Below, one piece after another: positions 10,762-20,544 of a stretch of DNA of 64,000 nucleotides. The notes below the pieces were generated by a model, which made no database searches, had not been told where the DNA came from, and worked only from the letters and a program-made list of their open reading frames with translations. This DNA is from Candidatus Sumerlaeota bacterium. GTDB lineage: Bacteria > Sumerlaeota > Sumerlaeia > Sumerlaeales > Sumerlaeaceae. The stretch's first letter is position 1. Each line of letters starts with the position of its first letter. A program made the translations under genes and the position numbers. The stretch is taken from the NCBI GenBank assembly GCA_017161655.1, contig JADFCV010000004.1, positions 75,378-139,377 on the forward strand. The letters run 5' to 3'.

Positions 10762-12773
10762 ACAAGCATTTATTCATTAATATGATAACGCCTGTCTTCT
10801 CCTTGATGGCGTTTCTCAGTGCAGCGGCTCCACCGGAGACTCCTCCGCCTTTTGGCTGGCCGATGTCCAGCCCGGAGAATTTCAACATGACAGCAGCGTT
10901 CGACTTGGACAGGACAACAGGCGGGAGAGCCGACTGGACCGGGTGGATACTGGGAGAGCCCACGGCTGGATCCGGCCACGCTTACGATGATCATAGTGGC
11001 ACCGACTGGGGGATGGTCACCAACACGCCTCTCTACGCGGTCGCGAATGGCACTGTGTATGCGCTGCGAGAGTCGGTTCCCAATGATGACCATTCCGACA
11101 CAGGAAACTATCTCATTCTGAATCACAATGGCATCGCAGGACGCAATTATCGTTCGCGTTACTGGCACCTCGCGCAGAACGGGGTCGTGCCAAGCTCTGG
11201 CGCCTCGGTCACGAAGGGCGACCTCGTTGCTTACAGTGATAACACAGGCAATTCCACGGGGCCGCATCTTCACTACGGCATTTCTCTTCTTCCCGACGAT
11301 GTTCAAACATGCCCCTTCTATCACGGCTGGTGGGAAAACGATGAGTTTTACCGCGCGGATGGGTATCCGTGCCTTATCTACCTCACTGTGACGGGCAGCA
11401 CGGTGAATGTGCGGGAGGGGAACTCCACGGCGTATAGCATTCTGACCACCGTCAGTGCTGGCACAAAACTCGTGGCCACTCAGCACAATTCGTGGTATCG
11501 AGTGATGTTGCCCATGCCACCGACTTTTGCGCGCGAAAGCCTCACAGCCTCGGGGACTCTGTCATCGGGCTATTCCGAAACCGGCTCGTGGAGCACCATC
11601 GCGGATAAATCCACCGTGACAGACGATGTCGCAGACGCAAACCGCGTCATCCTTGCCGGCGCGGGCTCTCGAGCCTCAACTTTCCTGACAAGCGGTGACC
11701 CCGCGGACGTGGCAACCTACAGCTGGACGATGCCAAATAACCGCGGACTTTACGACGTTTACCTTACGTGGCCAGCCTCAGCCAATGCTGCGAATGTCGA
11801 ATATCGCATCACACATAGCGCCGGCACAACCACTGGCGTGATTCAGCAGCGAGGCTTGTCTGGCTCAACAGGTAACGGCACAAAAAGCACCCCCTACCGC
11901 ATCGCCCGCAACCCCTATGTCGTCGACCATACGACCGTGGGAGCACCCAGTGAATGGGCGAGCTATTCGCCTTCTGGTTCAGGCATTTCCGAAGGTGGAC
12001 CTGAAAACCTGTATCGCTTCGATCTGCTGACCACGTCCACAGTCTATGTAGAGGTTCAGCACTCCGGTTATCCCACCCTCGATGTAGATATCCATCTTCT
12101 CACTGCTCCTTCGAACAACGCATGTATCCAACGGGCGGATTGGTCGTTCACTTCTCCCGCGCTAGGACCTGGCACGTATTACATCAGCGTGGATACCTAT
12201 CAAAATGCGTCGCGCGCCACGAGCTATAGGCTCATTGTTCGATTCGATGAGGATCAGCCCTTTCCCAATTCTTGGGTCAAGATCGGGCAGTTCTTCTTCG
12301 ATCGCAATGCGCCCGCCGTCTTCGAGCTCCGCGAAGGAACGGTAACGGGCAAACTTGATGCCGCTGCGCCCGGCCTGGTGGTGGCCGATGTTATCAAAAT
12401 CGTGCCTCGCGTCTATCGCCGCACAGGGTGGATCAGCAATACTTTGGTCAGCCGCATCGACACCGGGACCACATCCGTCGGCGTCGTTGGGATCAAAGTG
12501 GATAAGACGACCAACAATGACTCCAATGACATTTCAGATTATGTTGAAGTGCCCATCTATGCTTCGCCTGCACCAGGCCCCACGAATAACTCTGCCATTG
12601 TAGGCAAGGCTGTGACGGGTCAGCGTTTTGTGTGTACTGGCAAAGCAGGCGACTGGTGCAAGGTCTCCCTCTCTAACGCCGCTGCTGCGACGGAAGGTTG
12701 GATTCTCGGCGACTACCTGTTCGGCTACCATCTCGACGCTGTGAGCGACGTCAAAGAGTGGGAAAACTACTGA
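10758..12773 (+). CDS. Secreted M23 family metallopeptidase with two SH3b domains and additional beta-rich domains
   Basis: 4-bp overlap with the upstream gene. LytM motifs HAYDDHSGTDWG, GNYLILNH, STGPHLHYG. SH3b-like segments (VNVREGNSTAYSILTTVSAGTKLV; VTGQRFVCTGKAGDWCKVSL). Confidence 0.8.
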   Translation: MNKHLFINMITPVFSLMAFLSAAAPPETPPPFGWPMSSPENFNMTAAFDLDRTTGGRADWTGWILGEPTAGSGHAYDDHSGTDWGMVTNTPLYAVANGTVYALRESVPNDDHSDTGNYLILNHNGIAGRNYRSRYWHLAQNGVVPSSGASVTKGDLVAYSDNTGNSTGPHLHYGISLLPDDVQTCPFYHGWWENDEFYRADGYPCLIYLTVTGSTVNVREGNSTAYSILTTVSAGTKLVATQHNSWYRVMLPMPPTFARESLTASGTLSSGYSETGSWSTIADKSTVTDDVADANRVILAGAGSRASTFLTSGDPADVATYSWTMPNNRGLYDVYLTWPASANAANVEYRITHSAGTTTGVIQQRGLSGSTGNGTKSTPYRIARNPYVVDHTTVGAPSEWASYSPSGSGISEGGPENLYRFDLLTTSTVYVEVQHSGYPTLDVDIHLLTAPSNNACIQRADWSFTSPALGPGTYYISVDTYQNASRATSYRLIVRFDEDQPFPNSWVKIGQFFFDRNAPAVFELREGTVTGKLDAAAPGLVVADVIKIVPRVYRRTGWISNTLVSRIDTGTTSVGVVGIKVDKTTNNDSNDISDYVEVPIYASPAPGPTNNSAIVGKAVTGQRFVCTGKAGDWCKVSLSNAAAATEGWILGDYLFGYHLDAVSDVKEWENY

Positions 12774-12937
12774 CGCGTTTCGGTTTTTTGCCAGACACGA
12801 CAACCCTGACGCCAAAGAAAGAACGAACGCGGAAACGGGCAGTAGTGCTGCTGCTCATTGCCACGGAGAGCATCAGCACCACTGTTGTTGATTTTGACTT
12901 TCGTAGGGACGCCGTTTTCGACCCGAAAGTGCCGCAG

Positions 12938-14086
12938 CTAACGCCGACGGTTTGCACTTCGGCTTTTCTTTTTGGCGGACGATGACTGCTCTTGCCGTGC
13001 TGCACGCACTTCCTGTTGCGGCGGAGACAGCTCTTCGACGCGCACCTCTCGGCCCAATTCGCTCGAGCGATAGATGCCCTCGATGATCCGCTGCACGTTC
13101 AGGCATTCCTCAGGCTTGACCAGAACTTCAGCCTCGCCGCGCAGACATGCAACCCAGTGCTGAATTTCTTCGATGTGCGGGTGCTTCTCCGGAAACCCGG
13201 ATGGAATGACATCAAGGAGTGCTTCATCGCGTGCGCTTTGAATCCGAACGCCTGCCCCTTCGCCAAAAGGCCGGACCACAACTCCGCCACGATCGCCCAG
13301 GATCAGTTGTGTGAAATCTTCGTTCTCCGCGATGTGTGCTGCCCAACTAGCAGCAAGGCTTAGAGTCGCACCATTCGAGAATCGTACGAACCCTGTGGCA
13401 AAGTCTTCGACATCGAAATCCTCGCGTTTGTAGTCACCCCACGCTGAGAAAAAGCTTTTCCGATTGCCAAACATCGTAAAAGTTTTTCCTGTCACGGTCA
13501 CTGGCTGCGGGCTGCCCATAAGCCACACAATGCAGTCAAGAGCGTGCACTCCGATATCAATGAGAGCACCGCCCCCAGATTTTTCACGAATATGGAATTC
13601 TCCCCAGCCGGGAACGCCGCGCCGCCGCAAGGCGTGGGAGCGACCAAAGTAAATGTCGCCCAGGAGTCCTTCGTCAATTCGCTGCTTAATGAAGCGTATG
13701 AATGGCACAAAGCGGAAATGATGACCAATGGTTAGCATTTTCTTCGAACGTTGTGCCGCCCCCACCATGCGTTCGGCCTCGGCTACGCTCATCGCCATGG
13801 GCTTCTCGCAGAGCACGTGCAGTCCGGCCTCCAGCGCGGCAACTGTCGGCTCACAGTGGGCATAGTTCGGGGTACACACCGAAACGGCATCGAGCTTCTC
13901 GTGTGCGAGCATCGTGCGGTAATCGCTGTAAACTCGTGGCACGTTGAACTCAGCTGCGAATTGCTGAGCCCGTTGCAACGAAATGTCGGCGCATGCGACA
14001 ATCTCCACATCAGGGCATGTGGCATAGCCGCGGGCATGCTGGCCAGCGATCCCCCCACACCCGATAATGCCGATTCGAATACTCAT
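12938..14086 (-). CDS. Gfo/Idh/MocA family NAD(P)-dependent oxidoreductase
   Basis: N-terminal Rossmann IGIIGCGGIAGQHA, central EKP motif, C-terminal alpha/beta domain. Lys/Arg-rich tail. Confidence 0.85.
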   Translation of the reverse strand: MSIRIGIIGCGGIAGQHARGYATCPDVEIVACADISLQRAQQFAAEFNVPRVYSDYRTMLAHEKLDAVSVCTPNYAHCEPTVAALEAGLHVLCEKPMAMSVAEAERMVGAAQRSKKMLTIGHHFRFVPFIRFIKQRIDEGLLGDIYFGRSHALRRRGVPGWGEFHIREKSGGGALIDIGVHALDCIVWLMGSPQPVTVTGKTFTMFGNRKSFFSAWGDYKREDFDVEDFATGFVRFSNGATLSLAASWAAHIAENEDFTQLILGDRGGVVVRPFGEGAGVRIQSARDEALLDVIPSGFPEKHPHIEEIQHWVACLRGEAEVLVKPEECLNVQRIIEGIYRSSELGREVRVEELSPPQQEVRAARQEQSSSAKKKSRSANRRR

Positions 14087-14192
14087 AAAGATGCCGTCCT
14101 TTCCTCAAAACAACACCATGCTGAGTCGGGTTGGTGCCTCTCTTCGTGAAACGATTTTAGCGAAGACTGGTCTTCAATCAGAAAATTCCGTC

Positions 14193-14801
14193 TCACAGGG
14201 GTTCTTTCACCCACTTCTCCAGATGTGGGCGCAATTTGGCAAAAGCCCTTGCCCGGTGGCTGATCGTGTTCTTCACTTCGGCAGGGACCTCTGCCAGGTG
14301 ACAGCCTAGCTCCGCGACAAAGAACACAGGGTCGAAACCAAAGCCGTTTGTCCCCCGCGGGTCTCGTGCGATCCATCCCTCAAGCTCACCACGTTCCAAA
14401 GCCACAACCTGCGGAGTTGGATGAGGCACCGCGAAAGCTGCTGCACACACAAAACGCGCGCTACGGTGGCTGTCCGGAACGTCACGCATTTCCTCTAACA
14501 ATTTGGCGATGCGCTCGGCATCAGTTGGCGCATATCGTGCGGACAGCACACCGGGTCGGCCACCGAGTGCGTCAACGACTAATCCCGAATCGTCCGCGAC
14601 GCATGCGAGTCCCGTGTGCTCAGCGTAGTAAAGCGCCTTAAGTTGAGCATTCTCTTCAAATGTTGTCCCCGTTTCTTCTGGTTCCTGGATATTTGGAAAG
14701 TCCAAGGCCGTTAACAAACGCACTTCGCTTGCTCCACCAAGAAGTTTCTGCAGTTCTAAGAGTTTCCCGCGGTTTTTTGTCGCTAGCAAAAGCTCTCGCA
14801 T
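14193..14801 (-). CDS. rdgB: RdgB/HAM1 family non-canonical purine NTP pyrophosphatase
   Basis: ATKNRGKLLEL, FGFDPVF, and NTISHRARA motifs of the Ham1/RdgB family. Confidence 0.88.
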   Translation of the reverse strand: MRELLLATKNRGKLLELQKLLGGASEVRLLTALDFPNIQEPEETGTTFEENAQLKALYYAEHTGLACVADDSGLVVDALGGRPGVLSARYAPTDAERIAKLLEEMRDVPDSHRSARFVCAAAFAVPHPTPQVVALERGELEGWIARDPRGTNGFGFDPVFFVAELGCHLAEVPAEVKNTISHRARAFAKLRPHLEKWVKEPL

Positions 14802-14892
14802 CGTTTTGTCCTGCGCCTATAACATTAGTTGATCATATAGCTTTGCGTCCTACATGATAATGCAGCACCATTGCAAAGGATACGAAAGAGCG

Positions 14893-16905
14893 ATGAGTGA
14901 TTTTTCCCGGTGTTCGCAATCAGTGCGTTTTCGCGGAGTTGCGGCGATTTGTTTCGTTATCGCTTTAGTTCTGCTATCTGCCTGTAGCCAGCGTGAAAAA
15001 GTGCCGACGGATAATCTTCCCATCCCCCAGGAGAAGCGCGGCTTTATCACGGGACGTGCCCTTCTGGCCGACGCTGCGCCCAATGGCCATCTCGGCATTC
15101 TCGTCTATCTCGCAGGCACATCCTACAATGCTCATACGGACGAAAATGGCGCCTACACAATTGCGGAACTCCCTGCAGGCACCTATACAATTGTGGCCGA
15201 GCGGCAGGGGTACCAGACAGTGACCGTGGACCGAGTGGAGCTCGATCCTTCGATTCACACGCGAGAACAGCCATACATCGCACGCACAGCCATTCTCGAA
15301 CGAGCCGATAGCCCTCTAACTACGGCAGCCAAAAGCCAACGCCCTCAGCGCCGGCTAGGATCCCTCATCGGTTATGTGACTCTCGTGGATGCTCCACGAA
15401 ACGACGGCGTGCTGGTTCGCATCCAGGGAACGCCGCTTGTGACCGTGACCGATGAAGCAGGGATTTATCGCTTTCTCAATGTCGAGCAAGGTGCCTACCG
15501 GCTGACGTTTGAAAAGCCAGGCTATCAAAGCGTTGCCATTGATGCCGTTGTCATTGGAGGCGAGGAAACAAAGGCCGACAGCGTGCTGATGGAGCGCGAA
15601 GAAGCAGCCCAGGAGCGCGCCGTCACAGCTCCCCTCACGCGAGCCGAGCTCGTGGGGGATCGCATGATTCTCGGACGTGTCCGTGTGGTCGATGCGTCCG
15701 GCGTGGAGATCAAGGACTACTCGCGGGTCACGATTGCGTTGGATAACTCTGACTATATTGTCACTCCCGATGAAGACGGCCGCTTTGAATTCTCTCGCCT
15801 TCCCGCGGGTCTTTACACGGTTCTCGCGTCGCTCGACGGCGCCTCCCCTCGGTCTTATCTTGCCGACCTACGTGATAAAAAGGTCACCGACCTGAACATC
15901 GATCTTGCTCCAGCGCCAACAGAAAAACCGCTCCCAGGCACAGTGAAAGGAAAGGTCGAGCTCGAGGCTGAAACAGCGGACCGGCCTGCCGATCCCACCG
16001 GCGTTCAGGTGGCTCTCGCGGGCACACGTCTTCTGGCTACCGTAGGCGCTGACGGTGGTTTCGTCATTGAACAGGTGCCCCCTGGAACCTACGTGCTCAC
16101 TGCCACACGCGATGGTTATGAGCCGGCGCGACTCGACGCAGTGGAAGTGGATGCTGGGCAAACCGTGGACGTTGGCACGATCCGGCTCGAGCTGAAGCGC
16201 GATTATCCCCGCGTGATTTGGACCGACCCGCCGGACGGCGCGCGGAATATCATGGTGAGCTATGAATTAGTCGTAAAGATCAAGTTCTCTAAGCCCATGG
16301 ATGCCAGCGCGGTCGAAAAGGCCATCTCGATCGAGCCAGAGCCCGTTTACACATTTCACATGGGCACGGGCAGTCACCCAGCGGCTGACGATCGCACCGC
16401 CGTAATAGTCTTCTCAAACGACGACGATAATCGCCCGATCAAGTTCAACACTCGCTATCAGATCACTGTGAACCGCAGTGCGAGCGATCAAACCGGACTC
16501 ACGATGAAACAAGATTACACGTTCGGCTTCGTCACGGGCGCTCCCGGCATTATGCGGACAAGCCCGCGCGATGGTGCTGTCGACGCACGCGTCAATGGTC
16601 AGAATATGCCGATTTCTATCTTCTTCAACACGCGCATCCGCACGGAAACATTGAATCTGAATTCGGTCAAGATACGTCCGCGTCTGGACGTTGACCCCAA
16701 TATCGTGTTCGACACTGACCCAAAAACCGGATGGACCATTGCGCGTATTTTTGCGGAATTGGAAGGTGGCAAAGAGTACACGGTGACTATTGATCGGAGC
16801 GTCCGCACGGGCACCAATCAGCCTCTGTCAAACACCCCCTACACTTTCCGTTTCCGCACACTAAAAATCGAAAGAGAATTTGTTGTGCCAGGGCGTATGC
16901 GTTAG
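14893..16905 (+). CDS. Lipoprotein with four carboxypeptidase-regulatory-like (CarboxypepD_reg) domains and C-terminal Ig-like (SbsA-type) domains
   Basis: Lipobox LLSAC after a signal peptide. Four repeats of about 70 aa ending in GxYxL/V...GYQ/E. Start taken at the internal ATG (MSDFSR) rather than the first in-frame ATG. Confidence 0.7.
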   Translation: MSDFSRCSQSVRFRGVAAICFVIALVLLSACSQREKVPTDNLPIPQEKRGFITGRALLADAAPNGHLGILVYLAGTSYNAHTDENGAYTIAELPAGTYTIVAERQGYQTVTVDRVELDPSIHTREQPYIARTAILERADSPLTTAAKSQRPQRRLGSLIGYVTLVDAPRNDGVLVRIQGTPLVTVTDEAGIYRFLNVEQGAYRLTFEKPGYQSVAIDAVVIGGEETKADSVLMEREEAAQERAVTAPLTRAELVGDRMILGRVRVVDASGVEIKDYSRVTIALDNSDYIVTPDEDGRFEFSRLPAGLYTVLASLDGASPRSYLADLRDKKVTDLNIDLAPAPTEKPLPGTVKGKVELEAETADRPADPTGVQVALAGTRLLATVGADGGFVIEQVPPGTYVLTATRDGYEPARLDAVEVDAGQTVDVGTIRLELKRDYPRVIWTDPPDGARNIMVSYELVVKIKFSKPMDASAVEKAISIEPEPVYTFHMGTGSHPAADDRTAVIVFSNDDDNRPIKFNTRYQITVNRSASDQTGLTMKQDYTFGFVTGAPGIMRTSPRDGAVDARVNGQNMPISIFFNTRIRTETLNLNSVKIRPRLDVDPNIVFDTDPKTGWTIARIFAELEGGKEYTVTIDRSVRTGTNQPLSNTPYTFRFRTLKIEREFVVPGRMR

Positions 16906-16975
16906 AAACCCAGGCTAAGCAAGGACATTCCAAAGCAATCTTTCCTACATAAGAACAAGTTAGCAAAAATACTTG

Positions 16976-17500
16976 CTAAGGCTTTGTGGCGTGGACGGAA
17001 GGGTGTTCCTGCTCGTGCCCCAAGAGTTCTTGCAGTACCTCGCGGGCACGAGCGATGAAATGGGGGAGGGCTTTTTCGACAACGGATGACAATCCCTCCT
17101 TTACCGTGAAGGGATCTTCCACCTCGAGTGCCAGGATGCGGATCTCCTTCGGGAAGGCAATTTCAAGTCGCCGAGCAAGATCCAAGACTTCCGGAAGTCC
17201 CGCGTAGTGGGGTGATGGGGCGACCACCCGCGAAAAATCGTCGGGACCAAACTCAAGAATGGTTCCCACTTCGTGACGCATCGTCACGCAGGCATCGAGC
17301 AAAAGAGCTTTTTCATAGCCCTCCAGCAGCTCCACGAGTGCAAGTCCGGCTTCCCCTGTTTCAACAAAATCGACGTGCTCTGGAAAAGCATAGCGAAGCG
17401 CACGGGCTGCCAGTAAGCCCACAGCATCATCCCCAAGGATATCGTTCCCCATCGCTAGAACGACAACCCGCGCGCTTCGCCTTTCCTCTTCTCTACGCAT
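16976..17500 (-). CDS. Hydrogenase maturation protease (HycI/HoxW/FrhD-type endopeptidase)
   Basis: VVVLAMGNDILGDDAVG motif. Last gene after mvhA. Start placed at the internal Met (MRREEERR); the longest ORF extends to 17563. Confidence 0.75.
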   Translation of the reverse strand: MRREEERRSARVVVLAMGNDILGDDAVGLLAARALRYAFPEHVDFVETGEAGLALVELLEGYEKALLLDACVTMRHEVGTILEFGPDDFSRVVAPSPHYAGLPEVLDLARRLEIAFPKEIRILALEVEDPFTVKEGLSSVVEKALPHFIARAREVLQELLGHEQEHPSVHATKP

Positions 17501-17525
17501 CCCTACGCACTTTTCTCCGCTTCTA

Positions 17526-19049
17526 TCATCGGCGAATCTCGCGCACGACTTCACCTGCGGCATTGCGTATGCGTGCGATCAAAGGCATCTCGCCTGGCAA
17601 TGAATGTGTCGCGCAAGCGTGGCAGGGATCGTAGGCGCGGAAAGCCATCTCCACTTTGTTGAGAAGCCCCTCGCTTACCTGGCCGCCGCGGATAAGTGCC
17701 TTTGCAGCTTTTTCCACGCTCATGGCCATCCGCGCAGAGTTGTTCTGCGTGGCAACGATGAGATTCACTTTTGTCAGGATGCCGCGTTCGTCGGTTTCAT
17801 AGTGGTGAATCAGGGTTCCTCGCGGAGCCTCGACAACGCCAATGCCCACACTCGGTCGCTCTGTTGGCAGTCGCCGGATCTCGGTGCTTGTAATTTCTGG
17901 ATCATTGATCAGCTCGACCATGCGTTCTGCCGCGTACACCATCTCAACCACACGAGCCCAATGGTTGGCGAGCGTATGATGAACCGGGTAGCCCAGCGTT
18001 GCGAAGTATTCCTCGCGGGCTTTCTGCGCCTCAGGGGTCGCCATGCGTTCGGATGCGTTCAGGCGTGCCAGCGGTGCAACCGAATAAATTCCGCTCTCTG
18101 GGCCATCCACAAAGCCCTTCCAGCCAACCGGTTTCAAGTAGCAGAATTTTACGTAGCTCCACGGCTCAACGTGCTCGGCGATGACGTCGAGATACTTTTG
18201 CGCGGGAAACTTCACCACTTCTTTGCCCGTCGGATCAACAACGCGAATCATGCCGTCGTAGAAATTCGGACAATTGTTCTCGTCCACGAGGCCCATGTAA
18301 TGCGTGCGATGTGTGTAAGCGTCGGACGTGATGAGTTTCACGTACTCATCGTTTTTGAGCACAATGTCGCGGAAGATCTGGAGAGTGAAGAGAGCGAAGT
18401 CCAGAGCGTCCCGGCAGAGTTCTTGGAATTGCGGCAAATCCTCCTTGGCGATTCCTTTCGCCACCCCTCCCGGCAGTCCCAGCACGGGGTGGATCACCTT
18501 GCCCCCGAGATACGCGATGAACTCGCGTAGCTTGCGCCGCGTAGAAATCACCCGCTTGCCGACTTCCAGACCCGCTTTTTCCACGACGCCGAGAACGTTG
18601 CGCATCGAGGCAGGCGCCTCTGGCCCCACGATAAAATCTGGACCGCCAAGCACGAAAACATGCAGAGCATGATCTTCCAGCATGAAGGTGTTGTAAACCA
18701 GCTCGCGCAATTTCTTAGCAGCCGACGGAGGATCGACCTTGTACAAATCATCGAGCGCCTTTGTCGCAGCCATGTGATGGGCTGTCGGGCACACCCCACA
18801 GATGCGACTCGTAATCTGCGGCATGTCTTCGGCTGGGCGGCCCAGGCTAAAGACTTCGAATCCGCGAAGCTCCGGCACTTGGAAGTATGCGCGCTCGACG
18901 TCACCCTTATCATCGAGGAAAATGTCAATTTTCCCATGACCCTCAAGTCGTGTGATAGGGTCCACCGTGATGCGCCGTCGCGCTGCCGAATATGCCGCGT
19001 TCGCCTGCTTGTGTCCCTCGTTGAAAACATCTTGTACTTGTTTATCCAT
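17526..19049 (-). CDS. mvhA: [NiFe]-hydrogenase large subunit, group 3c (methyl-viologen-reducing type)
   Basis: N-terminal RICGVCPTAHHMA (RxCGxCxxxH) and C-terminal DPCHACATH (DPCxxCxxH) Ni-Fe ligand motifs. Genomic context with mvhDG and hdrABC. Confidence 0.9.
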   Translation of the reverse strand: MDKQVQDVFNEGHKQANAAYSAARRRITVDPITRLEGHGKIDIFLDDKGDVERAYFQVPELRGFEVFSLGRPAEDMPQITSRICGVCPTAHHMAATKALDDLYKVDPPSAAKKLRELVYNTFMLEDHALHVFVLGGPDFIVGPEAPASMRNVLGVVEKAGLEVGKRVISTRRKLREFIAYLGGKVIHPVLGLPGGVAKGIAKEDLPQFQELCRDALDFALFTLQIFRDIVLKNDEYVKLITSDAYTHRTHYMGLVDENNCPNFYDGMIRVVDPTGKEVVKFPAQKYLDVIAEHVEPWSYVKFCYLKPVGWKGFVDGPESGIYSVAPLARLNASERMATPEAQKAREEYFATLGYPVHHTLANHWARVVEMVYAAERMVELINDPEITSTEIRRLPTERPSVGIGVVEAPRGTLIHHYETDERGILTKVNLIVATQNNSARMAMSVEKAAKALIRGGQVSEGLLNKVEMAFRAYDPCHACATHSLPGEMPLIARIRNAAGEVVREIRR

Positions 19050-19070
19050 GGCCTGGAACTCCTCGAATGA

Positions 19071-20042
19071 TTATTTCAGGTCCACACGTCGCCGCAGCAG
19101 CGATCGCGCAAGACTGTAACGGTAAAACGTCCCAACGGGATCGGGAATCGTAGAGAGAATCTTTTCGATTTCTGCCTCATCCTCTGCGGCCACGTTGGCA
19201 CACAGTGATGACAGAATCTTGGCTCCCTGGTCGCGTACCCTCGAGGGTGGGCCATAACACCCGGTGCAGGGCATATTCCCTGTAATACACGCTGCCCCGC
19301 AACCTGAGCGCGTTGCTGGTCCCATGCAAATAAGCCCCTGGGCAAGGAAACACAAATTCGGATCCGCAATGACCTCGTGCGGCCGCTTGAATTCTTTGAA
19401 GCTCACTTCTGTCGGCTTCGATTCCTTGCGCGGACACTCATCGCACAATGCAACGTCTGGCGCGAGAACACTTCCTTTGGGGGGCAGCTCGCCCTTCAGG
19501 AGTGCTCCTACAGCCTGGGCCAAAAGCTTGGGAGATGGGGCGCATCCCGGAAGGTAATAATCCACCTCGATCACTTGATCCAAGGCGCGTACGACATTGC
19601 GGAACTCTGGCAATGTCACTTCATGCCCATTGTCGCTAAATCTGGGCTGTGGTGTCACCCCTTCCGGATTTGTCACGGAAGGCGCCTGTTTGTACACGTA
19701 CTCAAGGATCTGCTCTCGGGAGAACTGGTTTGCCAGTGCAGGAATTCCGCCGAGATGGGCGCAGGAGCCATAAGCGATAATGTACTGACTCTTACGCCGC
19801 AAGAGCCTCGCCATCTCTTCCTGCTCGGAGGTGCGGATGGCACCATTAATCATCGTGGCAAGGATAGATTGGTCTGGCATTGCCTCGACGTCGCTCACCT
19901 TGAAATCCATGGCCACAGGCCAGAAAACAATGTCCACCGCTCCAGCCACATCGAGGATGCTTTCCGCCAGGTCGACGACTGACTCCTCGCAACCACCGCA
20001 CGAGGCGCACCAGTAAAAGGCGATTTTCGGTTTCTCAGGCAT
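19071..20042 (-). CDS. mvhG: [NiFe]-hydrogenase small subunit, group 3c
   Basis: CASCGGCEES proximal-cluster motif and multiple Cys clusters (GCAPSP; CDECP; CTGCYGPP). Confidence 0.85.
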   Translation of the reverse strand: MPEKPKIAFYWCASCGGCEESVVDLAESILDVAGAVDIVFWPVAMDFKVSDVEAMPDQSILATMINGAIRTSEQEEMARLLRRKSQYIIAYGSCAHLGGIPALANQFSREQILEYVYKQAPSVTNPEGVTPQPRFSDNGHEVTLPEFRNVVRALDQVIEVDYYLPGCAPSPKLLAQAVGALLKGELPPKGSVLAPDVALCDECPRKESKPTEVSFKEFKRPHEVIADPNLCFLAQGLICMGPATRSGCGAACITGNMPCTGCYGPPSRVRDQGAKILSSLCANVAAEDEAEIEKILSTIPDPVGTFYRYSLARSLLRRRVDLK

Positions 20043-20544
20043 GGCTGGTCACCTCCTCGCTTTTCTGTTGTTCTTCTGCAGCAGCGACCATATTGTGAAG
20101 TTCCGCGACTTCTTTGTCCCACTCCACAAATCGCTGCGGCAAATTCAGGGGAGGAAGCTCACGAAGCTTCGCGACAAATTCATTCACCACCTGACGCAAT
20201 TTGTCGCCCTCAGATGCGGAAATCCACTCCAGGCGCAAGCGGTCAGGTTCGATACCCATTTGCTCCACCACACGCTTCAGCAGCTTGAAACGCCGCAGAC
20301 ATTTATAGTTGCCGCTGATGTAGTGGCAGTCGCCTGGGTGGCAGCCGCCAATCAGCACCCCATCGGCGCCGCGCGCAAATGCCTCGAGCACAAACTGTGG
20401 GTCCACTCGCCCACTGCACATGACGCGAATCGTGCGCAGATTTGGCGCATATTTCATGCGCGAGACCCCAGCGAGGTCGGCTGCCGCATACGTGCACCAG
20501 TTGCAGAAAAACGCCACGATTTTTGGCTCGTATGTCTCAGACAT
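20035..20544 (-). CDS. mvhD: Methyl-viologen-reducing hydrogenase delta subunit (MvhD/FlpD)
   Basis: KIVAFFCNWCTYAAADLAG ... IRVMCSGRVDP ... GADGVLIGGCHPGDCHY, the canonical MvhD Cys pattern. 8-bp overlap with mvhG. Confidence 0.85.
   Translation of the reverse strand: MSETYEPKIVAFFCNWCTYAAADLAGVSRMKYAPNLRTIRVMCSGRVDPQFVLEAFARGADGVLIGGCHPGDCHYISGNYKCLRRFKLLKRVVEQMGIEPDRLRLEWISASEGDKLRQVVNEFVAKLRELPPLNLPQRFVEWDKEVAELHNMVAAAEEQQKSEEVTSHA

Noticed and set aside
12774-12985. Possible terminator GCCGA-N11-TCGGC plus T-tract after the M23 peptidase gene
   Set aside because: Stem is only 5 bp and it overlaps the 3' end of the convergent Gfo/Idh/MocA gene. Too weak to call.
17526-19049. Selenocysteine (in-frame TGA) in the NiFe hydrogenase large subunit or HdrA
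   Set aside because: Both ORFs are uninterrupted with Cys at the relevant positions. No in-frame TGA or SECIS-like hairpin is needed to explain the reading frames.
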